Origin: an uncultured bacterium
Lineage (GTDB): Bacteria; Cyanobacteriota; Vampirovibrionia; Gastranaerophilales; Gastranaerophilaceae
Direction: 5' to 3'
DNA length: 64,000 nt
Assembly (NCBI GenBank): GCA_902795965.1
Contig: CADBNI010000029.1
Span: 5,067-69,066 of the forward strand
Position 1 is the stretch's first letter. Each line of letters starts with the position of its first letter. Shown one piece after another: positions 58,631 through 64,000 of this stretch. The notes beneath the pieces are model-generated. The model searched no databases, was not told where the DNA came from, and saw only the letters and a list, made by a program, of their open reading frames with translations. The position numbers and the translations under genes were made by a program.

Positions 58631-59197
58631 ATGAATATTACACCAATTAATCAAAACAACAACTCTCAATCTTTTGGAATGGCTCTCAAAATTAGCAGTG
58701 ACGGAGCTAAAAAACTTGCCGAAAAATTTCATTCATACAGCGATCCTATGATTGCCGAAAAATATTTTATGCAAGATATAGGCGAACCGATAAACAAATT
58801 GAAAAGTAAAGTTCTTTATGACGGTAAACGTGTTATTGTAGAAGATGAAGCCGGCTTAAAATCTTATGAAGTTTTAGATAATAATGTCGGCACTATGATG
58901 CCGTTTTCACCCAAAGAAAGTAATTACAGAACAATCGGATTCCACGTAAAAGAAATCGGAGCAGACGAAACTTCCGTATACAGAGTAAATTATCCCGAAC
59001 CTCAGAACAAAGGCGGTGGACTTAGCAACACTCTTGCATTGGCAAGCGGAGATAATTTGAAATTGTTATGCGCAAGAGAAATTGCGACCGACATGGACAA
59101 AATAGCAGCTAAACAGGCAGAACAGGCATACACAAACACCTTAAAAGGAAAAGCCGTAGAAGAAACTGCAAGCAGACTTGCAGAAATATTCGGCTAA
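58631..59197 (+). CDS. Hypothetical protein (paralog B, QSFG N-terminal motif)
   Basis: LLCAREIATDMDK versus LLSAREIALDIDR in the previous ORF. Confidence 0.75.
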   Translation: MNITPINQNNNSQSFGMALKISSDGAKKLAEKFHSYSDPMIAEKYFMQDIGEPINKLKSKVLYDGKRVIVEDEAGLKSYEVLDNNVGTMMPFSPKESNYRTIGFHVKEIGADETSVYRVNYPEPQNKGGGLSNTLALASGDNLKLLCAREIATDMDKIAAKQAEQAYTNTLKGKAVEETASRLAEIFG

Positions 59198-59214
59198 AAA
59201 TTTTAATTGCATAA

Positions 59215-59244
59215 AAAAAAGAAGCCTTAATAGGCTTCTTTTTT
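59215..59244. terminator. Bidirectional intrinsic terminator
   Basis: aaaaaagaagcct-taat-aggcttctttttt. Confidence 0.85.
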
Positions 59245-61819
59245 ACTGCGGTTTTACGATTGAAACAATATAATTATCGGTAAAATATTTGTTTGCAACC
59301 TCGATAATATCGGATTCGGTTACGGAATTTATCAGTTTTACGTAATTTTCGTCAAATCCGTACCCCCTGCCCGAAGCCTCAAACCAACCGATAGTAGTTG
59401 CTTTATCCAAATTTGTTTCCTGTCCGATAATATATTGTCCCAAGAGTTTGTCTTTTGCCTCCTGCAATTCTTTTGAGCCGACAAATTCATTTTTAAATCT
59501 GAAAACTTCCTCTTTCATTCTCTTTTGCGCATAATTCAAATTTTCGGGATTTGTACCGATATAAACGATAAACATACCCTTCAAAACATTCGGCGAATAC
59601 TGCGAACCCAACTGATAGGCAAGTCCGTCCTTATCTCTGAGATTTTTGAAAAGTCGCGAACTCATGCCCGTACCCAAAATTGAATCTATAACCTGAAGCG
59701 CTGCATAATCTTTTGCATTCGTAACCCCTGAGGTTTGCCAGCCCATAAATATCCAATCGGTTTTTAAATCCTTCACGCTTGTTTGAGAACGCTTTGCCGC
59801 CGTCAATGAAGGGATTGAATATTTTGCAAATTCAAACTTTTCCCCCAATTTACCATCAAAAATCTTTGTAAACTCGGAGATTGTTTCGTCCTTATCGACA
59901 TTTCCGTTTATCGAAATAACAACATTTTTCGGATAAAACGCTTTGTCATAATATTCTTTCACATCTTTTTGAGTAATTTTCGGCAACGATTTTTCCAAAA
60001 CCGAATTTGAAACCGAATACGGAGAACCTTCAAAAATCAGCGTTTTAAAATTATCAAGCGCAATATTCAAAGGAATATCTTTGCTTTTCTTTATTGCCGC
60101 AAGTTTATCGGTTTTAACCTTGCCGATTTCCGTTTCGTCCAAAGCTGCTCGGTTTATTATTTCGTCCAAGATATCCAAAGTCTTTGAGTATTCGTTTTTT
60201 GTTGTCAAAACTGTTATTGTAAAGCTGTCGGGTTTTACTGAAGGCGCAATTTTTATCCCATTATCTTCGAGATATTTCGCAAATTCAACCGCTGAATAGT
60301 TCTTTGTACCTTTCAACAGAACAGATGCGGTGAGATTTGCAGTTCCGGGTGTTTTTTCGGTAAACTGACCACCGTTTGAAAAAATACTTATAGCAACTAT
60401 ATCATTAGCTTCATTCGGTGTCAAAAGCAATGTTGCGCCGTTTGAGAGTTCGTATTTTTGCGTATTTTTGACCGCACCAATCAATTTTGCCTGCGAGGTT
60501 GTTTGAGTTTTTGCGGAAACTTTTACCTCTTTTGCGCTTTCGGGCAAAAGTATTGAAACCGCACTCTTATCCTGTCCGAGATATTTATTTGCAACACGTT
60601 TTACATCATTTGCCGTAACACGTTTTATATTATCAAGATAATCCTCATAAAATTTTATTCCGTCAGTCGTAACGAAAGTATATCCGATTTCACCCGCAAT
60701 ATTTGTAATTGATTCGCGCTCGTAATAAGTGTTTCGCTCAATAATATTTTTTGCAAGCCGTAACTGTTCGGAAGTTACACCGTTCTTTTGAAATTCTTTT
60801 ATCTCGTCAAAAATACATTGTTGAAGTTTTTCAGCCTTTTCGGGTTCAAATGTTGCCGAAATATAAAATATCCCGTCATCTTTAAAGCCTGTATTCGCAG
60901 CTCCGATTGACGTTGCAAGTCTTTTATTCTCTTTGATGTTTTGATAAAATACGGAGGATTTGCCTTCACCCAAAACGGTAGATAAAATATCAAGCGCATA
61001 AGAATCCGCACCGTCAATTTTTACCCCTCGAAAACCGATTAGCATATAACCTGTTTGAGTATCGCCGTAAACGACATTTTTAACTTGAGATGTCAGAATT
61101 TTTTCTTTCGGATAAACATTATTCAACGGCTTTTTGTATTCTGCATTAAAATATTTTTTAACCGCATCAAACGCATCTTGAGAATTTACATCTCCGACAA
61201 TTATCGTAACCATATTTGATGGATTGTAATACTTGTTGTAATACTCAAGAATTTTATCCCTGTGAATTGTACTTACGATATCTGCCGTTCCTATTACTTT
61301 TCGTTTATATGGGTGGTTTGTATAAAGCAATTTTACCAAATTGTCATATACAAGCGTATTCGGAGAATTTGCATCTTTCATAATTTCTTCGATAACGACT
61401 TTGCGCTCTTTTTCAAGCTCTTTGCGCGGAATAAGAGGGTGAAGAAGCATATCCGCATGCATTTCCAATGCCAAATTAAAATCTTTTGAAGGAATAGTTA
61501 TGTAATAATGCGTAAAATCCTTGCTTGTAGCTGCATTTGTGACAGCTCCTTTTGTTTCGAGAATTTTGTCAAACTCTCCGGGTGCATGATTTGTTGAGCC
61601 TTTAAAAAACAGATGTTCCAAAAAGTGTGAAACCCCGTTATTTTCATCATTTTCATTTATTGAGCCCGTTTTTATCCAGGTGTCAATCGTTACAATCGGA
61701 TTTGTTTTAACTTCCTGAATAACAACGGTTTGACCGTTATCTGTTTTATATACGTTCAAATCCGCTGCCATAACGGCATTCGCAAATACAATAATCAACA
61801 ATACAAAAAATTTTTTCAT
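59243..61819 (-). CDS. M16-family zinc peptidase (fused halves), exported
   Basis: Signal peptide, HFLEH inverted zinc motif, NAATSKDFTHYY, LFKNLRDKDGLAY. Confidence 0.93.
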   Translation of the reverse strand: MKKFFVLLIIVFANAVMAADLNVYKTDNGQTVVIQEVKTNPIVTIDTWIKTGSINENDENNGVSHFLEHLFFKGSTNHAPGEFDKILETKGAVTNAATSKDFTHYYITIPSKDFNLALEMHADMLLHPLIPRKELEKERKVVIEEIMKDANSPNTLVYDNLVKLLYTNHPYKRKVIGTADIVSTIHRDKILEYYNKYYNPSNMVTIIVGDVNSQDAFDAVKKYFNAEYKKPLNNVYPKEKILTSQVKNVVYGDTQTGYMLIGFRGVKIDGADSYALDILSTVLGEGKSSVFYQNIKENKRLATSIGAANTGFKDDGIFYISATFEPEKAEKLQQCIFDEIKEFQKNGVTSEQLRLAKNIIERNTYYERESITNIAGEIGYTFVTTDGIKFYEDYLDNIKRVTANDVKRVANKYLGQDKSAVSILLPESAKEVKVSAKTQTTSQAKLIGAVKNTQKYELSNGATLLLTPNEANDIVAISIFSNGGQFTEKTPGTANLTASVLLKGTKNYSAVEFAKYLEDNGIKIAPSVKPDSFTITVLTTKNEYSKTLDILDEIINRAALDETEIGKVKTDKLAAIKKSKDIPLNIALDNFKTLIFEGSPYSVSNSVLEKSLPKITQKDVKEYYDKAFYPKNVVISINGNVDKDETISEFTKIFDGKLGEKFEFAKYSIPSLTAAKRSQTSVKDLKTDWIFMGWQTSGVTNAKDYAALQVIDSILGTGMSSRLFKNLRDKDGLAYQLGSQYSPNVLKGMFIVYIGTNPENLNYAQKRMKEEVFRFKNEFVGSKELQEAKDKLLGQYIIGQETNLDKATTIGWFEASGRGYGFDENYVKLINSVTESDIIEVANKYFTDNYIVSIVKPQ

Positions 61820-61873
61820 GATATCCCTCTCTAAAATACAGAATACCATAAATTAATTGTTATGTTAAATCCG

Positions 61874-62176
61874 TCAACGGATTAACTTTTTGATTAACGG
61901 GATTGATGCACAAACCGCGACAATACCAAATATAATCTTTACGGAAAGCGGAGTATTTTTCTCTCTTATATCTTTACTTTTTTTCATTGACTGATAAATA
62001 TCGCGGTTTAGATTGCAAAATTCTGCAGTCGCAACTCTGTCCGAATACAAAACGGGCTTAAAATGGTCATCGGGCGGAATGATAACACCTACATTCAAAG
62101 GCGTGTTTTTCATATGCGCATTTACGTCACTTTTCGGCGCATTAATATTACTGTTTACACCATTCACACTTTCCAT
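61874..62176 (-). CDS. Small hypothetical protein with C-terminal TM segment
   Basis: ORF ending IIFGIVAVCASIPLIKKLIR; start uncertain. Confidence 0.55.
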   Translation of the reverse strand: MESVNGVNSNINAPKSDVNAHMKNTPLNVGVIIPPDDHFKPVLYSDRVATAEFCNLNRDIYQSMKKSKDIREKNTPLSVKIIFGIVAVCASIPLIKKLIR

Positions 62177-62234
62177 AAATTCAATAAAACAAAACATACC
62201 CAAAAATTGCCCTAATATATATTTATATTAAGTA

Positions 62235-62262
62235 TTGACAAAAGTTTGTTAACCCGTAGAAT
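62235..62262 (+). promoter_or_regulatory. sigma70 promoter of the rubredoxin operon
   Basis: TTGACA-16 bp-TAGAAT. Confidence 0.6.
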
Positions 62263-62297
62263 AAATTAAGTGTTATCTTAAAAAAGGAGAGAAAATT

Positions 62298-62435
62298 ATG
62301 GAAAAATACGTTTGCACGGTATGCGGTTATGTTTATGATCCCGAAGAAAACGGCGGTGTAAAATTTGAAGATTTGGCAGACGATTACGCTTGCCCTCTTT
62401 GCGGTGTTGGTAAGGATATGTTTGAACAACAATAG
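62298..62435 (+). CDS. Rubredoxin (45 aa; not in the ORF track)
   Basis: [16 protein letters not shown]...[14 protein letters not shown]; RBS AAGGAG. Confidence 0.95.
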   Translation: MEKYVCTVCGYVYDPEENGGVKFEDLADDYACPLCGVGKDMFEQQ

Positions 62436-62444
62436 GAGTTATCC

Positions 62445-62987
62445 ATGAAAGATTTAAAAGGAACAAAAACCGAGCAAAACCTCCTTGCGGCTTTTGCAGG
62501 GGAATCGCAAGCGCGTAACAAATACACATATTACGCTTCGCAAGCAAAAAAAGAAGGTTATGTTCAAATAAGCAAACTCTTTGAAGAAACTGCCAACAAC
62601 GAAAAAGAACACGCTAAAATTTGGTTCAAGGCACTTCATGGCGGAAAAGTCGCCGATACTTTGACAAACCTCAAAGATGCGGCAGCGGGCGAAAATTTTG
62701 AATGGACGGAAATGTATCCGCAGTTCGCCAAAGAAGCTAAAGAAGAAGGTTTTGACGATTTGGCTGCATTATTTGAACTTGTTGCAAAAATTGAAAAAGC
62801 GCACGAAGAAAGATACAAAAAACTTCTTGAAAGCGTTGAAAACAAAACCGTTTTTGTTTCAAAAGAAATTGTTGTTTGGGAATGCGCTAACTGCGGTCAT
62901 ATTCACGTCGGAGAAAAAGCTCCCGAATTGTGTCCCGTATGCAATCACCCGCAGGCTTATTTCTTTAGAAAAGTTGAAAATTATTAA
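62445..62987 (+). CDS. rbr: Rubrerythrin
   Basis: [21 protein letters not shown]-terminal CANCG...CPVCNHP. Confidence 0.95.
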   Translation: MKDLKGTKTEQNLLAAFAGESQARNKYTYYASQAKKEGYVQISKLFEETANNEKEHAKIWFKALHGGKVADTLTNLKDAAAGENFEWTEMYPQFAKEAKEEGFDDLAALFELVAKIEKAHEERYKKLLESVENKTVFVSKEIVVWECANCGHIHVGEKAPELCPVCNHPQAYFFRKVENY

Positions 62988-63028
62988 TAGGGAACTTCGT
63001 GTTCCCTTATTTTTTATAAGGAGAAAAA

Positions 63029-64000
63029 ATGAAATTTCAAGAAATTAAGAATAACGTATTTTATTGCGGTTTGAACGACAGAGATAGAAAAATGTTTGAC
63101 GAACTTATTCCGCTTGAAAACGGGACGAGCTACAATTCTTATCTCGTAAAGGGTTCGGAAAAAACGGCAATAATTGACACTATGTACCCCCCGTTTACCG
63201 AAGAATATCTTAAAAATTTTGACGAAAACGGTATTGCAAAAGTGGATTACATAATCGAAAACCACGGGGAACAAGACCATTCGGGTTCAATACCCGCATT
63301 GTTGGAAAAATTTCCCGAAGCAATCGTTGTTACAAACGCAAAAGTTGCCGAAAATATTCAGTCAATGCTTCATGTTTCTCCCGAAAAAATTAAAGTTATT
63401 TCAAACAACGAAGAATTATCACTCGGCGATAAGACTTTGCAATTTATAATTGCTCCGGGGGTTCATTGGCCGGACACTATGTTTACGCTTATCAAAGAAG
63501 ATAATATGCTTTGTACGTGCGACTTTTTGGGTGCGCATTACACGTTTGATAACGTTATTGCAACACCGTCAAAAGAACTTGAACACAGCGCAAAACGTTA
63601 TTATGCGGAAATTATGATGCCGTTTAGAATGATGTGCAAAAAATATACGCAAATGATTAAAGATATGAATATCGAATACGTTTTACCGAGCCACGGCCCT
63701 GTTTATAAAGATCCGTCATTTATATTGGATTTGTATACGGACTGGACTGCCGATACACCCAAAAACCTTGTCGTGCTGCCGTATGTATCAATGTACGAAA
63801 GCACAAAATCTATGATTGACTACATTGCGGACAAACTTAACGCTCAAGGTATCGAAACATTCAAATTTGATATAATTGATGATGATTTGGGTGATTTGGC
63901 AATGAGTCTTGTTGATGCTGCTACAATAGTTTTGGGAACATCAATGGTACTTGCAGGTCCTCACCCCGCCGCGGTAAATATTGCATATCTTGCATCTGTT
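63029..64000 (+). CDS. fprA: Flavodiiron protein (FprA family), truncated by the window end
   Basis: GTSYNSYLVKG, NHGEQDHSGS, VHWPDTM, HYTFD, PSHGPV, YVSMYEST. Confidence 0.9.
   Translation, partial: MKFQEIKNNVFYCGLNDRDRKMFDELIPLENGTSYNSYLVKGSEKTAIIDTMYPPFTEEYLKNFDENGIAKVDYIIENHGEQDHSGSIPALLEKFPEAIVVTNAKVAENIQSMLHVSPEKIKVISNNEELSLGDKTLQFIIAPGVHWPDTMFTLIKEDNMLCTCDFLGAHYTFDNVIATPSKELEHSAKRYYAEIMMPFRMMCKKYTQMIKDMNIEYVLPSHGPVYKDPSFILDLYTDWTADTPKNLVVLPYVSMYESTKSMIDYIADKLNAQGIETFKFDIIDDDLGDLAMSLVDAATIVLGTSMVLAGPHPAAVNIAYLASV

Overview
Mostly housekeeping chromosomal DNA from a non-photosynthetic cyanobacteria-related bacterium, most likely Melainabacteria/Gastranaerophilales. The evidence is cyanobacterial-type rpoB followed by a split rpoC1 (569 aa), a ycf23/DUF561 gene, anaerobe-type rubredoxin/rubrerythrin/flavodiiron genes and many A|FTLAE pilin-like genes. 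Core genes include rpoC1, rpoB, mnmG, ftnA, tRNA-Gln(CUG), dapA, secDF, pdxA, ssb, glyS, pnp, prfB, ftsEX, ribF, aspS, mlaE and relA. Several non-core structures are layered on this backbone. (1) All five dispersed type IV pilin-like genes are divergently paired with their own small HTH regulator across a sigma70-like promoter (near-consensus in four of five), and four abut a host gene tail-to-tail with 0-2 bp gaps. (2) One pilin ends in a GC-rich, DGR-type variable region with no RT or template seen in the window, and two others share an identical 36-nt 3' end. (3) An unannotated putative type I toxin-antitoxin locus (24-aa hydrophobic peptide plus convergent sRNA) lies between ribF and aspS. 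(4) A family of 7/8/9-nt tandem-repeat hairpin elements and REP-like palindromes has inserted in-frame into pdxA (twice), ribF and a pilin leader. (5) There is also a candidate transcription attenuator, a 73-bp tRNA 3'-end duplication next to an AT-rich islet, and two type II TA pairs. All counts and alignments were done by eye; family assignments are from motif recognition, not database searches.
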